Source of the DNA: Planctomycetota bacterium
GTDB lineage: Bacteria; Planctomycetota; GCA-002687715; DRQF01
Direction of reading: 5' to 3'
DNA length: 16,878 nucleotides
Assembly: GCA_036479435.1 (NCBI GenBank)
Contig: JAZGFI010000247.1
Span: 1-16,878, forward strand
Shown: positions 15,878-16,878 of the stretch, one piece after another
Numbering within the stretch: the stretch's first letter is position 1
Layout of the letters: every line of letters starts with the position of its first letter
The notes under the pieces: model-generated
What the model was told of the DNA's origin: nothing
Database searches by the model: none
What the model saw: the letters and a program-made list of their open reading frames with translations, nothing else
Made by a program: the position numbers and the translations under genes

Positions 15878-16309
15878 ATGCAACTTTTCGATGTCAACAT
15901 CCTGGTTTACGCCTACCGAGCTGACAGCTCTCATCATGAGCGGGTGCGCCCCTGGTTTGAAGCGCTCGTCGATGACCCCGCACCCTTTGGGATGGCTGAA
16001 CTCGCGTTGTCGGGATTCTTGAGGATTGTCAGCAATCGGAAGATCTTCGTCGAGCCCGATCCCATCCAAGATGCTCTTTCATTTGCCGAAGCACTTGTTG
16101 CGCGCCCCAATTGTGTGCTGCTTTCGCCAGGTGCGAAGCACTGGGAAATCTTCACTGGCCTTTGCCGAGGTGCGAACGTGAAGGGCAACCTCGTTCCGGA
16201 CGCTTGGTTCGCGGCCTTGGCCATCGAGTCGGGTTGCCAATGGGTGACCTGTGACCGTGGGTTTGGTCGTTACCCCAATCTAAATTGGTGTGAGCCGCCA
16301 GCGACGTAA
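15878..16309 (+). CDS. vapC: VapC PIN-domain ribonuclease toxin
   Basis: FDVNILVYA, GFLRIVSN, GNLVPDAWFAALAIE and VTCDRGF acidic PIN motifs. Confidence 0.93.
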   Translation: MQLFDVNILVYAYRADSSHHERVRPWFEALVDDPAPFGMAELALSGFLRIVSNRKIFVEPDPIQDALSFAEALVARPNCVLLSPGAKHWEIFTGLCRGANVKGNLVPDAWFAALAIESGCQWVTCDRGFGRYPNLNWCEPPAT

Positions 16310-16325
16310 GCCAAGTTGAAATGAC

Positions 16326-16369
16326 GCGAGCCCCCGCCTGATCGTGCTGGTGATCAGATGGGGGCTCGC
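16326..16369. terminator. Strong hairpin between convergent vapC and the ahcY 3' end (probable terminator)
   Basis: GCGAGCCCCC(16326-16335)/GGGGGCTCGC(16360-16369) outer stem plus CTGATC/GATCAG inner stem; only weak U tracts. Confidence 0.7.
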
Positions 16370-16394
16370 AGTCGTTTCGGCTAAAGGCTTGGGC

Positions 16395-16535
<141 letters not shown>

Positions 16536-16753
16536 TCAGTCGTGTGGAACGCTGGGAGCGTTCGGGCTCCCAAACCCCAGTCCCGCAGCCCGCGCAAACC
16601 CATCGAATCTCGGGACTTGCGACTTGGCCAACAATCAGCCGCCTCGGTTTTCTGCCTGCTCATCCAACGCTGGCAAGTGGTACCGGATTTCTATCCAATG
16701 AGAATCGGTCTGGCTTCGATTCTAAAGATCCTCTTGACATCCTTGGGCGGCAC

Positions 16754-16878
16754 GATGACGCAACATTTCTTCTGTAATTTCCACGAGCGAGTCATTCCGA
16801 TCCCATCGCCAAATAGATTGTCCCGGTCTCCCATTCCTCGCTTTTCTCAGCGAGCATCGCCGAGACTAGTCTGAGCAA
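16754..16878 (-). mobile_element. End of an IS256-family insertion sequence (partial)
   Basis: The transposase C-terminus is followed by a terminal-IR-like sequence AATTACAGAAGAAATGTTGCGTCATC (minus strand), i.e. GATGACGCAACATTTCTTCTGTAATT starting at 16754 on +. Confidence 0.8.
16792..16878 (-). CDS. IS256-family transposase, C-terminal 28 aa (partial)
   Basis: Reads LLRLVSAMLAEKSEEWETGTIYLAMGSE*, matching the 'LRLV.A.L.E..EEW.TG..YL.M' tail of IS256 transposases. Confidence 0.82.
   Translation of the reverse strand: MLRLVSAMLAEKSEEWETGTIYLAMGSE

Overview
High-GC bacterial window; the gene content resembles Planctomycetota, but taxonomy cannot be proven from the sequence. From left to right: (1) the 3' end of a group II intron on + (last 15 codons of the RT/maturase ORF plus domains V and VI), sitting 9 bp beyond the speD stop on the opposite strand; (2) a minus-strand operon of a Zn-ribbon/tandem-DUF4178 membrane protein, a small GK-terminal peptide, DUF350, a membrane-fused polyamine aminopropyltransferase (speE) and speD; (3) transaldolase and an M3/M2-like peptidase homologue that has lost its HEXXH motif; (4) a plus-strand ABC exporter (ATPase and permease) plus a TauE/SafE transporter; (5) a minus-strand lipoprotein, NUDT22-like Nudix hydrolase, ECF sigma factor, anti-sigma factor and secreted PDZ protein; (6) an orphan XRE/HigA-like regulator and a vapBC toxin-antitoxin pair; (7) a strong hairpin, an isolated 3' fragment of ahcY (SAH hydrolase) that looks like the att scar of an element integrated into ahcY, and the end of an IS256-family element. 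The intron, the ahcY fragment and the IS256 end are not in the ORF track and were found by manual reading and translation. All family calls come from motif recognition; no database searches were run.
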